Shown in pieces: positions 1-12,099 of a stretch of 64,000 nucleotides of DNA. The first letter of the stretch is position 1, and the number at the start of each line of letters is the position of its first letter. The position numbers and the translations under genes are program-made. The notes under the pieces are model-generated. The model worked only from the letters and a program-made list of their open reading frames with translations, was not told the DNA's origin and ran no database searches. Source of the stretch: Octopus sinensis (lineage: Eukaryota); contig NC_043000.1 in NCBI RefSeq assembly GCF_006345805.1, forward strand, positions 11,098,001 through 11,162,000, in the 5' to 3' direction.

Positions 1-72
1 CGACTTAATCCCTTTGTCTGTCCTTGTTTGTCCCCTCTAGATTTAGCCCCTTGTGGGCAATAAAGAAATAAG
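1..72 (+). mobile_element. 3' end of SINE family B (truncated by window edge)
   Basis: cgacttaatccctttgtctgtccttgtttgtcccctc...ttgtgggcaataaagaaataag matches the tails of copies at 26.6 kb and 38.8 kb. Confidence 0.8.
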
Positions 73-254
73 AAGAGAAGTAAGGAGAGAGAAAGAGAAG
101 GTGGTAAAAAAGATGTGTCAGAACATACCTTCAAGTTACAGGGAAGAGTATATAAGGGAAGAGGTACAGAAAACTGGATAGGGTGAGTGGGTACCTAAGT
201 TCACAAGAGAACAAAAGGAGAGTAAAAAACGAAGTAAATTTACTTTCTCTAGTT

Positions 255-480
255 ATGCTGACTCATAAGGGCCAGTTTCCCGGTTTCCATGGAGTATAAA
301 TTACCCACATGGACTGGACACCAGTCTGTCACAGGATAACTCGTTTTTGCCAGCTGGAGCAACATGAAATGAAATTTTTTGCTCGAGAACACAATGCAGC
401 ACTCAGGCCAGGAATTGAAACCACAATCTTTTTCGATCAGGAGTTCAACACGCTAACCACTAGGCCACATGCCTCCACGC
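255..480 (-). mobile_element. tRNA-headed SINE family C
   Basis: Reverse complement matches copies at 8537-8783, 58295-58535 and 63272-63520 (tRNA-like head ggcctagtggttag...gtttcaattcc; ctccagctggcaaaa; gaaaccgggaaactggcccttatgag). Confidence 0.75.
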
Positions 481-1039
481 AAAAGGAGAGTTAGAGATAT
501 GAATATCAATTTGCTAAAAATAGTAGCCAAATTTCTCTTACTTTACACTCCTAGTGTCTTGAAAAGGAAGGACGAGAGAAGCATGCTGTGGAGGTCATAG
601 ATGAAATAGGTCATTAGCCATAGGTTTGCTCAATTGCTTGCTAGAAATAGCTCACCTTCCATTACATGTGAGCTCTACCTTAAGGCTATACAAATGATGT
701 TATATCTGGCAAGCTGTTGCCTGAAGTGTCTTTATCCAGCAGTGTGTATGTGTTTCATGCACCAAGAATGAACAGTCCACATTTCTGATTTACATTTCAA
801 CTGCTTAAACAGAGTGTCTGCCAGCTGTAATACACTGGTTTATAATGGATGCATCATGCAATATTAGGCACCATTTCTAGACCATTTCTCATTCTAGGAT
901 GCAAGCACTGCTTTTCTCAAAAGAGCTAGGTTGCTTGGTTGGATGCTAAGTTTCATTGCTGTTGCCAAATCAGTGTAAACTGACCTTGCAGTACGAATCA
1001 GTTATAGGTAGGTTTGTAGTTACAACAGACTTAGTTTTA

Positions 1040-1340
1040 ATTAAGCTTTCCACTCCCTATGGAGCAGAAGCCACAGATGAGTTTTCTCCATTGTTCTCAA
1101 CTTTAGGTTGTCTTCAGGCCTTTCTCTGCTAAGTCTTGTTTCGAAGTCTTACTGATGCTTCTGTAACTTTGCGTTCTTCAAAATAGGAGTGCTGACCTTA
1201 CACAAACCCATTTTTACCTTTAGAAAGAGGGGACCATATTAGTTTGGCCCCTATCCTTTCACCTGTCCAGCATGGGAAGCCTTACCAAGAGCTTGCACTC
1301 CACTAGCATAGCCCTCAGGATCTCTGAGGTACACTGGACT
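1040..1340 (-). mobile_element. Degenerate RTE-related non-autonomous retroelement
   Basis: acctgtccagcatgggaagccttacc...ctagcatagccctcagg resembles RTE 5'UTR-derived elements; recognised from memory only. Confidence 0.35.
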
Positions 1341-1368
1341 TTGTGGTGGCTTAAGCATATTACTAGAA

Positions 1369-1567
1369 CATCATCATCATCATAGTTCAACATCCGTTTT
1401 CCATGCTATCATGGGCCGGACGGTTCGACTGGGGTCTGGGAAGTGAGGAGGCTGCACCAGGCTCCAGTCTGATCTGGCAGTGTTTCTACAGCTGGATGCC
1501 CTTCCTAACGACAACCACTCTGTGAGTGTAGTGGGTGCTTTTTACGTGCCACTGGCTCAGGGGCCAG
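1369..1567 (-). mobile_element. Repeat family F (RTE-type 3' tail ending in (GAT)n)
   Basis: (cat)n + gttttccatgctatcatggg...ggatgcccttcctaacg...gggtgctttttacgtgcc; same unit at about 3130-3375, 9040-9300, 14000-14155, 21875-21990, 23058-23200, 25340-25585 and 28330-28660. Confidence 0.75.
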
Positions 1568-1837
1568 TTTTGTTATTTAAGTAGTAGACTCATTAATTAT
1601 AATAAATATTTTAGATTGATTGGAAATTATAAATTTCAGCAGCCTTTTGCATTTGGGTTTCTTATGTGATGTACATCAATTATGAGCATAACAAATGCAT
1701 CCTTAGTTAAGGCCATGTGTTTTTTGCAGTTCAATATCATAAAACATCCATGTGTGAACCCACAATGGAGTACAATTTTATATGCAGTCCTAAAATATTG
1801 ACTTATTTTTATGCTATCATTTTCCAGTGACATATAT

Positions 1838-2415
1838 TCTTTACTTGTTTCAGTCATTTGACTGCGGCCATGCTGGAGCACTGCCTTTAGTCGAACAAAT
1901 CGACCCCAGGACTTATTCTTTGTAAGCTTAATACTTATTCTATTGGTCTCTCTAAGTTACGGGGACGTAAACACACCAGCATCGGTTGTCAAGTGATGGT
2001 AGGGGACAGACACAAACATACACACACACACATACTCTTTTACTTGTTTTAGTCATTTGACTGCGGCCATGCTGGAGCACTGCCTGTAGTCAAACAAATC
2101 AACCCCAGGACTTATTCATTGTAAGCCTAATACTTAGTCTATTGGTCTCTTTTGCTGAACCGCTATGTTACGGGGACATAAACACACCAGCATCAGTTGT
2201 CAAGTGATGGCGGGGGGGACAAACACACACACACACATGCATATATATATACGACGGGCTTTTTTCATTTTCCGTCTACCAAATCCACTCACAAGGCTTT
2301 GGTCATCCCAAGGCTATAGTAGAAGACACTTGCCCAAGGTGCTACACAGTGGGACTGAACCCAGAACCATCTGGTTAGTAAGCAAGCTATTTACCACACA
2401 GCCACTCCTGCACCT
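1838..2415 (-). mobile_element. Two adjacent SINE family A copies (3' half plus near-full copy)
   Basis: ttacttgtttcagtcatttgactgcggccatgctggagcac... twice, internal (AC)n/(AT)n, tRNA-like head caggagtggctgtgtggtaa...ggttcagtccc on the minus strand. Confidence 0.85.
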
Positions 2416-2873
2416 ATATACATAACATTTCCTACTGCATTTTCACCAGCTGTTTCATTGATCTTTTTAACATCTGTAACAGTCCATAAATGTGTTAACA
2501 GTTTGCCTTGTTACGATTTACCCTGATACCTACTTCATTATCACTGTCAAAAAAAAAAAAAATGAAGTCTGTGCTCATTCAAATCCAAAATAGATCTTTC
2601 ATACACATTACAACCTGGTTATCTTTAATTTTTCATGTTTGTTCAGAGCTAAGTAATCTCAACATTGCTTCTCTATATGTTATGGTCACATTGCTCTGAA
2701 TAAATGAAAATAAGATTGAGCAGTGAGGACTCTTTTGTTTGCAGAGTAGAGGGCAGCTTCACAAGTGATGGTGACACTGTAAAATGGACCAAGTAAGCTC
2801 TATAAAGTGGTTGGTGAATAACTGGACACATCATAAGATTGAGAGGACCCTTTAGCTTTTATTTTGTCAAGCA

Positions 2874-3109
2874 GAGTGTTTCTTAACCATTTTTTACCTA
2901 TGGACACCTTTTATTCCTATTTTACTCAGATGGACCCTCCTAGCCATTCGATGCTTTAAAAAAGTATTAAGTTTTTATAATTAAATATAATTAGGAATTG
3001 TATACGAGAAAATTGTTAAAATATTTTGTGTATTGTAGAAGTATAACTAATTTATTGCAGAAAAATTTCAACAACAAAATCGTATTCGAGCCCTGGTTGA
3101 GAACCACTG
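2874..3109. mobile_element. hAT (Charlie-like) MITE
   Basis: Ends gagtgtttcttaacc ... ggttgagaaccactg (CAGTGGTTCTCAACC-type TIR); second, inverted copy at ~56780-57026. Confidence 0.65.
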
Positions 3110-4339
3110 TTCAAGGACATGACAACCTCTCTAGTGTAGGTGCCAAGGTAAAAATGTACCTGTAACACACTGCACAGTGGCTGGTTTTAGGAAGGTCAGC
3201 TAACCGTAAATACCATGCTCAAATAAAATGTACAGAAATGTGATCCCCAAACCATGCATAATAAGACAGGGATTCTGAGCAAGAGCTGACTGAAGTTGTG
3301 ATGAACTGTCCAAGCTATACTAGCATGGAAAGCAAACATAAAATGATGATAAAAGATGACTAATGATGATGATGAGCAAAGCATAACGTTTTCTTATTAA
3401 GTATATTTTTGGGGAGAGACAAAGAAAACATTGACTTATAATTATTTTATAACCTATTTTATGAATAGCATAGCAATCTCTAAATTAAGATCATGTAAAA
3501 ACTAGTTTAAATATAATAGAGTCACACTAAATGAGAATCCCAGTGAATAGAAGCCAATGGTACAATGAATGCTATGATGAGGAAAATAACCAGGCAAACT
3601 GAAGCCTATGGCATGCAAAGCATGGCTTCAAATGTTATTTAACTCTTTTACATAATTTAAATCATAAATAACTGCTACAATAAGGTTCTGGTGTACATGT
3701 GAGGTGAGTCAAATGACCTTTTGATCTGTTTATTCAGTTTTTAAATATGTACCTTTATCTGCAGGACTATTGTAATAAACATGTTAATACACAAGACCTT
3801 AAGAAGTTCATAGACCTCATTAACCTGGGATTGGGGGAACAATCCATCTAGAGGGAGGAAAACCTTGATTCCAAATCCCAAACTGTTTGCAGCCATACCC
3901 AGCCATTAGAAAAACTTTAGGAATAAACCCTGAACAAAAACCATGAGCTGGAGCCCAAGGCAGTTTGACATTGTCTACAGCCTCATTCTAGCAATACCTG
4001 TGATGCTTGTACCAAATTGAAATGGCCATGCTGTTTCATTGGATCCATCAATGACATGGAGTGGTGGTGGAGAGGGGTCATGCTGCGTGGGCAACGACCT
4101 GTTCTCCACACCATACTATCCAAGGACTGGATTCTATTGAGCAGCCTATACTGGAGGGATAGCCACAGACAATACTTTTCCGGTGGAGCAGACAACTAGG
4201 ACCTTCATTCACGATCATTAACCACAGATGAAGGCCACAAAAAAAGAAAAAAAATTCATAGCTTCTCATGAAGGTCCAAGGCAGAGACTTCGCCATATTA
4301 TCTATAAGCAACCTTATATGCATGTTTACAGTTTCAGTA

Positions 4340-4935
4340 TTATTATTATGACTTGTTTCCAACTTGGACCACAGCAACGAAGTCCACTCGCCACACTTCT
4401 AAGTCCAACATCACTGCCTCAAGGCTCTGGATACATTCCAGGCCAGTAGCTACATCAAGTTGTTGATGTAAGTGTGACAACATTTTCCGCTTCTTACATC
4501 ACCTCAAGTTGGTTTCACAAGACTAATTGGGATGCTTCCAGATCAGGGTGGCATACACAATGACCAGAGATAGTTGCAGCTGTCTTTGCCTGATCTCCTC
4601 ACTAACTTTCAACAGGTCTCCATATAGGTATTCATTTGTCATATGTTGCTACCATTTCACATTTAGGGTGATTCACAGCATCCTTGTGTAGCATCCATTT
4701 AGCCCTCTTGATAATTTCTTTGTCAGTCTCCATGTTTCACTGCCATATAACAGCACTGATTCGACTGTTTGCTTTGAGCTGTTCCAAACTGAATATGACT
4801 GAAGGCTTCATGTACTTAAGTGGTTGGGTGAGCAGTTCAGAAGCAGACATCAAGATCAAGAAGGCTCAAGCATGGACAGGCTGTCACAAACTAAAGAAGG
4901 TCTGGAACTCCAAATTGCCCAGACAAATCAAAAAC
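4340..4935 (-). mobile_element. RTE-type LINE 3' fragment with inverted 5' segment
   Basis: Minus strand reads ..VESVLLYGSETWRLTKKLSRGLNGCYTRML..EIRQRQLQL..; plus strand 4800-4932 reads FMYLSGWVSSSEADIKIKKAQAWTGCHKLKKVWNSKLPRQIK, the segment that precedes it in RTE RTs; (TAA)n tail near 4340. Confidence 0.7.
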
Positions 4936-5442
4936 AACAATAATAAAATGGAAAACCACGAAGAGATGAATTACTTCACTGAGACAGAGACATGATTCAA
5001 TGACATCACAATCATAACATAGAAACGTACAAGTTTGTATTGATAGACATTTGATGAGCGACAGATTACAATAAATATCACCATTAGCACATAACATTGA
5101 ACACAAACAAAAAAAAAAACATTGAAATTTAGTATATACACTCTATGCCCCACTTACCATTTGTGTCACATTCACTAATTAGAGAATAATTAAAAGATAT
5201 ATATAGATATACAGAGAGATAAATAGACAGAAATATGAACATATAGGTGCAGGTATGTTTGTATTGTTTATTGTCCCATGACCACCACTTAACAACTTGT
5301 GGTGGTTAGTTTATGTCCCCATAACTTAGCAGCTTGGCAAGAGAGATTGAGACAATAACTATTGGGGTTCTTAGCTCAACTAAACCCTTCAAGGTAGTTC
5401 TCCAGCACAGCCACAGTCCAATGACTGAAACAAGTAAAAATG

Positions 5443-5456
<14 letters not shown>

Positions 5457-5493
<37 letters not shown>

Positions 5494-5522
5494 GAGAGAG
5501 AGAAAGAAAGAGAGAGAGAGAC
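5457..5522. repeat. (GA)n microsatellite
   Basis: Direct inspection. Confidence 0.95.
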
Positions 5523-5547
5523 ACATGCATGCACACACACACTAGCA

Positions 5548-6110
5548 CACATGGTGTCCCAAAATTAAGGCAACCAACTTTTTTCAATTTTGTCAAAGCA
5601 AAATATTGTTACATTTCAGGTCCAAGCATTGCAGTGCAATCGTAAAAGAAACACAATTATGACACTAACCACATTTATTCGATATGACCACCTCTCTTTC
5701 AAATCATAGCCTTAAGTCTAGGTGCAAGTGTTTCACATGCAGTACACAGCTGTTCTTGCTGAATCAAAGTCCATTCCTGGTGCAGTTTTGCCTTCAGAGT
5801 ATCAAGTGAAGCATGAGAAGTGCTCAAAACCCTTGTCTTCAAAATGGACTAAACAGAAAAATCCAATGGGTTGAGATTGGGGCTCCTTGAGGGCCATACA
5901 TCTTTGCCTGTGAATGACAGAATGTTTCTTTGAATCCAGTGTTGTGTCTGTTTGGAGCTGTAGGATGGTGCCCAGTCCTGTTGGAGGCACCAAGGTGTGC
6001 CTTGAAAGTGCTTATTTGCCCATGGCAGCAGTTCAGCTTCCAGTTTTGAATTAATCATGCTTTATCTTGTAGCATCAAGATTTCAATAATGTGATTGTTT
6101 ATTTTTACAA
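5548..6110 (-). mobile_element. Tc1/mariner maT-type (DD37D) transposon fragment
   Basis: ORF 5849-6058: LQQDWAPSY..WPSRSPNLNPLDFSV with 37 residues between the second and third D; TIR-like ggtgtcccaaaattaagg at the left end. Confidence 0.8.
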
Positions 6111-6511
6111 TGCCATTGTAGGGGAGGTGAGAGAGCCTGGGTCTGGCCAGTTTGAACATAAAACAGGCAGAATACTTTGGCTGGATATGGCTGGTTTAAA
6201 TGCTAAAGGGTTAAGGGAACTCATTATTTGGAAGGCACATCAGTAAAGTAAACAATGAAACACAACTCAAAGCTAATTTACCATGGCCCTTCTGCAGCTG
6301 TTAGGCCTGTTGATGATATTAATGTCCTGCTCAGTCCCTCTACATTCATCTCAGACATCTATAAGTGGAAGCCAAGGATCAGGAGAGCATCATACCTCTA
6401 CTAACTCATAATGACAAGTTATGCCCTCTACTCCAAGTTCATTAGATAAATGAAATTAAAATTTTACAGTATTCAATTATTAATCTTCATATATTGTAAT
6501 GTTAAACGGTG

Positions 6512-6785
6512 AAGGCAGGTAGCGTAGTGGTTAAGGGTGTTACACTCATGATCAAAAGATTGTGGTTTCAATTCCCAGACCAAGTTGGTGCACTGAGTTC
6601 TTAAGCAAAACACTTCATTTCTCTTTGCTCCAGTGCAGTTGGCTGTAAAATGGGTTCCAGTAATAACTGGGAGGTTAACCCTTGTGACAGATCAGCATTC
6701 TGTTCAGCAGACAGTGTTGTAAATCTCTGTCACTCTTGCTCTGGAAACTTGGCTAAGCTCCGCCGTTATGAGTCCTAGGGTTCAT
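6512..6785 (+). mobile_element. SINE, family C-related
   Basis: tRNA-like head gcgtagtggttaagggtg...gtttcaattccc; aaaacacttcatttc..tgctccagtgcagttggctgtaaaatggg. Confidence 0.7.
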
Positions 6786-6800
6786 AACAGACCTAAGTAA

Positions 6801-7143
6801 AAAGGGTAAAGACTCCCTTTGGTCATCAGTGACCATGGGATTGCACCTAGAAAGCTTCCCTCTGAGAAACAATTCTGGGCAAGGTTGTTTATGGAAGACC
6901 AGCAGTTTCCCATGCATACCAGCCTCCCCTTTCCATGTCACTGGTGTTATCCAAGGGAAAGGGAAAGGCCGGTACAGCTTGGCACCAGTGATGTTGAAAC
7001 TCATTTCTAAAGCTGAGTGAACTGTAGCAACATGAAAATAAAAGTGTCTTGCTCAAGAATAAAACACCCAGCTCAGCCCAGGAATCGAACTCATAACCTC
7101 ATGATTGTAAGCCCAACTCTTTAACTACTGAGCCATGCACCTT
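6801..7143 (-). mobile_element. tRNA-headed SINE family D with TSD
   Basis: Matches 63530-63840; flanked by direct repeat aacagacctaagtaa. Confidence 0.8.
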
Positions 7144-7429
7144 GACAACAGACCTAAGTAATGTTAAATATTTATGTTTCATATAGTTATATAATGTTTG
7201 CAGTATTTTTGTAATTTTGTTACTATTTATCATGTTCAGCATACAGTATGTATATATTTCCAATATTGTATTAACCCGTTAAGCGCTACCACAGGTTAAC
7301 TCAACAATGGCTAACACAAACATTTCTCTATTAACACAGTTTAACAAGAATTCATTGATTCACTGCATATATGTGTACACACACATACACACCCATACAT
7401 GCATACGTATATATATACATATATGTATA

Positions 7430-7841
7430 CTCTTTACTCTTTTACTTGTTTCAGTCATTTGACTGCAGCCATGCTGGAGCACCGCCTTTAGTCGAGCAAA
7501 TCGACCCCGGGACTTATTCTTTGTAAGCCCAGTACTTATTCTATCGGTCTCTTTTGCCGAACCGCTAGGTGACGGGGACGTAAACACACCAGCATCGGTT
7601 GTCAAGCAATGCTAGGGGGATAAACACAGACACAGAAATACACACACACATACATATACATATATATATACATATATACGACAGGCTTCTTTCAGTTTCC
7701 GTCTACCAAATCCACTCACAAGGCATTGGTTGGCCCAGGGCTATAGCAGAAGACACTTAACCAAGATGCCACACAGTGGGATTGAACCCGGAACCATGTG
7801 GTTGGTTAGCAAGCTATTTACCACACAGCCACTCCTGCGCC
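7430..7841 (-). mobile_element. SINE family A, full length
   Basis: Complete head (ggcgcaggagtggctgtgtggtaa) to (tttactc)n tail. Confidence 0.9.
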
Positions 7842-7922
7842 ATATATAGATATGATAAAACAAATGCATGAACATAGTCTCAAGGTAACAAATCAGTTTA
7901 TAACATTTATAACATACTGAAG

Positions 7923-7990
<68 letters not shown>

Positions 7991-8035
7991 TTATATATAT
8001 TATATACACACACACACATACATATATACATTACG

Positions 8036-9268
8036 TTGGGCAAAGTTCAAAGAGTTCCTACCTCTGCTGGTAACAAAGGGCCTCTCGCTCAGAGTGAAAG
8101 GTAGACTGTATGATGTCTGTGTTCAAACAGCCATGCTACATTGCAGTGAAACATGAGCTATAACTGCTGAGGACATGTGTAGGCTTGCAAGAAGCTATTA
8201 TGTTTTGCTGGATGTATAATGTCAGTGCGTATGCATGAGAGTGTAAGTGTCCTGGGAGAAAAGTTGGACATAAGAAGTATCAAGTGTGGTGTGCAAGAGA
8301 GACAACTGCACTGGTATGGTCATCTGATTCATATGGATTAGGACAGCTGTGTGAAGAAGTGTTGCACTCTAATGGTGGAGGGAACCTGTGGAAGAGGTAG
8401 ACCCAGGAAGACATGCGATGAGGTGGTGAACCACGAACTTCAAATTTTGAGCCTCACAGAAGCAATGACAAGCAACCAAGATCTTTGGAGATATGCTGTG
8501 CTTGAGAAAACCCAACAAGCCAAGTGAGATCATAGGTGTAGGCGCGTGGCTTAGTGGTTAGGTTGTTGAACCTCTGATTGTAAGGTTGTGGTTTCGATTC
8601 CTGGACCGGGCGATGCGTTGTGTTCTTGAGCAAAACACTTCATTTCACGTTGCTCCAGTCCACTCAGCTGGCAAAAATGAGTAATCCAGCGACGGACCGG
8701 CGTCCCATCTAGGTGGGGAATTTCTACGCCACTGAAACCGGGAAACTGGCTCTTATGAGCCTGGCATGGCTCGAGAAGGAAAAAGTGAGATCATAGCCAT
8801 GGCCAATGCTAGTGTCGTGTAACTGGACCATTAAAAGCACCCTTCAATTGTTGGGCAATATGTTGAGCTTGTGAAGTCCTGTAGAACTGAGTGAAATCAA
8901 AATTGTGGCCAATGTCAGTGTCATCTAACCTTTCAAGCATTGGGCCTCATGGGGGCAGTGACAGGTGACCAAGACCCTTGGCGATATACCGTGCTTGTGG
9001 TGACCTGTCAAGCCAAGTGAGACCATAGTCATGGCTAATGCTGATGTCAGGTCAATGGCAGCCATAAAAAGCACCCACCGACTCCACTCCTAGAGTGGTT
9101 GGCATTAGGAAAGGCATCAAGCCATAGAAACCTTGCCAAATTCGATTGGAACCTGATGCAGCCCACCACCTTAACAGTTTTCAGTCAAACTGTCCAACCC
9201 ATGCCAGCATGGAAAGCAGATGTTAAACGATGAAGATGATGATGATGATGATAATGATGATGATGATA

Positions 9269-9300
<32 letters not shown>
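8036..9300 (+). mobile_element. RTE-clade LINE 3' fragment and 3'UTR/(GAT)n tail, interrupted by a SINE
   Basis: Translation with frameshifts: LLVTKGLSLRVKGRLYDVCVQTAMLH.SET..QERQLHWYGHL..VEGTCGRGRPRKT.DEVV..LWRYAVLEK; ends in family F tail and (GAT)n. Confidence 0.8.
8537..8783 (+). mobile_element. SINE family C inserted in LINE, ~14-bp TSD
   Basis: TSD aagtgagatcatag on both sides; tRNA-like A/B boxes ggcttagtgg / gtttcgattcc. Confidence 0.85.
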
Positions 9301-9399
9301 ATAAAGCAGGAAACCAGGAAAAGTCTAAGGTAAATGTTCATAATGATTCTGATGTAGATAAGTACATAAGAAGCGTTTAGTGTTAATTTGGCTTAGATG

Positions 9400-11036
9400 C
9401 CATGTTTCCCTGAAAATAAGACCTGGTCTTATATTAATTTTGCATTAAAAAAAATGCACTAGGGCTTTAATTTCAGGGGCTGTATTATATTTTTGTGGAA
9501 AAAATCCAAGAAAAACAAAAAAAGTCTCACGTCCTCATGTAAAAGGAAAAAATTGTAAAAAGGAAACCCATGTTTTTAGTTTAACAAAAGTATATTTATT
9601 TGCTTATTGTTTTCATTCTCTTCTGGAACATCGTCATAAATCATCAAACCCTGAACTTCAGACTGAATTTCATGCAAATCCATTTCCTGTAGAACCATGG
9701 ATCCCAATCTTTCATGTTGGGCAATATAATTTTCCTTAAATGAACACTTTTTGTCCAAGTACCCTGCTTGTAGTGCATTGGCAATTTTATTCTATGAATT
9801 CTTCACCCAATTCATGACTTCTTTGAGGTTGGGTTTCACAAAGTTTCCATGCCGATTTCTCTCCATTCTATGTTCGATATATTCATTCACTTCCATCGGC
9901 AAATAATCTTTGAAGAGCTTGTTTATTACAAGATCTAATGTTTGTAGATATGAAGACATTCCCACAGGAATCATTATGTGGTCAATTCTTTTTTCAAGAA
10001 GGAACGTTTTCATATCTTTTGCGCGATGAGTACTGGCCGAATCCCAAACTAAAAGACGTCTTTGAGAACCACATAAGACAAGTGGCATAGTTAAATCAAC
10101 CCATTTTCTTACAACAGCTTGAGCGCACCATGCCTTTTCCGTTTCAAGGACATAAATGCCAAAAACTTGTTCTATTTTCTCCTTTTTGCACTTTGTGATG
10201 ATAAGACAAATTGCTAAGATACAAGTAATTCTTGCACTTTCGTAACCCGTTGAGGCAACATAGATTGATGAGACACCTGTCAGTTCAATTTTTGTTTTAG
10301 ATCCTTGGACCATAAATACTGCAGTCTTATCCGTAGCAATTATACTGGAGACATTGTATTTAGAAAAGTCGATGCCATCAATGAAGGACTTGAATGCAAG
10401 TGCATGTTGAACAGTGTTGCTGATCTTCTTAGAGAGAGAGTTCATATCACCAAAGGAAGTTATCCAACCAATGAGGTGATGCTTTGAATATCTCTGTGGG
10501 TATATCCAACTGAGGTGCCATTGCAAGAGCAAATTCTTGAATATCAGCCCTGCGTACAACCAAAGCCTTTGTTCTTCCGTCAGCACTCCATCCCGAGGTG
10601 ATGTCTTCCAGCTCAGAAAAGAACGGTTGTTGACCTGATCCATACTTGCACTTCTTAGCACTTCCCTCATCCATCTGTCTGCTGAGATTATCATACTCTG
10701 CTCACCATTTTCGAACCATTTGGAGATCCAACATCTTCTCCTTACAGAAAGCTGTAAGATTCTTGCTATGTGACTCTTCCACAATTCCTTTCTTGTACTC
10801 CACAGAATAACTCTTTATTTTTGCTCTCATCTTGCCTAAGGGACAAGGCAGTCAAGCCAAGAGCGTCAACTCTGTGCATGCGCACTTAGCGCAGACATTA
10901 GCCAAGCTGCGGTAGTTGGTTTATCTTGCAGACATAACACGGTTTTGCCAACAAGCTGATGCTTATATTAAAAACATCCTGAAAAATCATGGTAGGGCTT
11001 ATTTTCAGAGTAGGTCATATTTTCGGGGAAATACAG
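9400..11036 (-). mobile_element. Near full-length pogo-superfamily (DD35D, Passer-like) transposon, frameshifted
   Basis: TIRs ccatgtttccctgaaaataagacc / ggtcatattttcggggaaatacag followed by TA; transposase from ATG at 10830 (MRAKIKSYSVEYK), HTH region, DKTAVF, LLVWDSASTH..(35 aa)..LQTLDLVINKLFKD. Confidence 0.85.
9576..10830 (-). pseudogene. pogo transposase pseudogene (DNA-binding HTH + DDE_1)
   Basis: Overlapping ORF pieces 10447-10674, 9792-10784 and 9576-9758 in different frames. Confidence 0.8.
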
Positions 11037-11399
11037 TAGGTGAATAAAATCCAAGGTATCACTGGTGAAAAACTAGCTATTAATGGAAATGAAGTATGTG
11101 TGTGCACACACACATACACACACACACACACACACACATTGAGCTCTCGCCATACCTTTCCCCTTTCATTAATGTTTTTTTTTTTGTATTTTTTTTATAA
11201 TTATTTTTCGGCTGATCCATTTACTAACCAATGGTTGATCACCACAAAATATTTTATTTTATAAACAGCAAGTCATGTCTGCAACTCTAAAACTGATTAA
11301 CATAAGAGGGTGGTCTAAGCACTCTGTAATATATAAATATTTATACTCTCACTTTTCTATTCAAAACTTTTCCCCCCTCGTTTGTGAAGTCAAATATAC

Positions 11400-11532
11400 C
11401 AGCACCACTACCACCACCACCACCACCACCACCACCACCACCTGCCACTGCCACCACATGCCACCGCTACCACCTGCTACCGCTACCACCTGCTACTGCC
11501 ACCACCAGCCATTACCACTGCCACCACCACAA
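11400..11532. repeat. (CAC)n degenerate microsatellite
   Basis: Direct inspection; explains the poly-P/poly-T ORFs. Confidence 0.9.
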
Positions 11533-11912
11533 GTATAAGATAGAAGATAAAAATTTCAAAATGGTTTGTTGTAAGCCTCAATTTTAATTCGATAGATTAT
11601 ACATAAGAATATCTTAATTAATTGGAAGCAAGATCGTCAAAAATTTCATCAGTTACAGAACCGAAGGAAACATGCATTGACCAAAGAGTAGATAGATAAA
11701 CATGGGTCTATCTATCATAGATTATTTGATTGATGTTTAATCTATGCTTAATTAAGTGAAAGCTGTTATATTAGGCAATGAAAGATTGAGTTTAACTTTA
11801 TTCATTCTAGATATTACAACTTAAATTTAATTAAATTAATGCTGTTTTATTATCCTGGCTATAAATGGGCAGAGGAACTAATGAGTAGTCAACAGTCATT
11901 CAACAATGAGTG

Positions 11913-11953
<41 letters not shown>

Positions 11954-12099
11954 ATATGTTTGTGTGGGATATATGTCTATCATATATTTTAAAACTTTTA
12001 TATCTTTTAATTTTTTTTTTACTTTTATATCTTTTAATTTTTTTTAAATATTTATATATATATATATATATATATTGCTGTCTGGGATAGTAGGGTGGA

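Noticed and set aside
8540-8610. tRNA genes at SINE heads (also 33785-33855, 58300-58365, 63272-63340)
   Set aside because: tRNA-derived SINE heads continuing into SINE bodies; no complete cloverleaf or terminator
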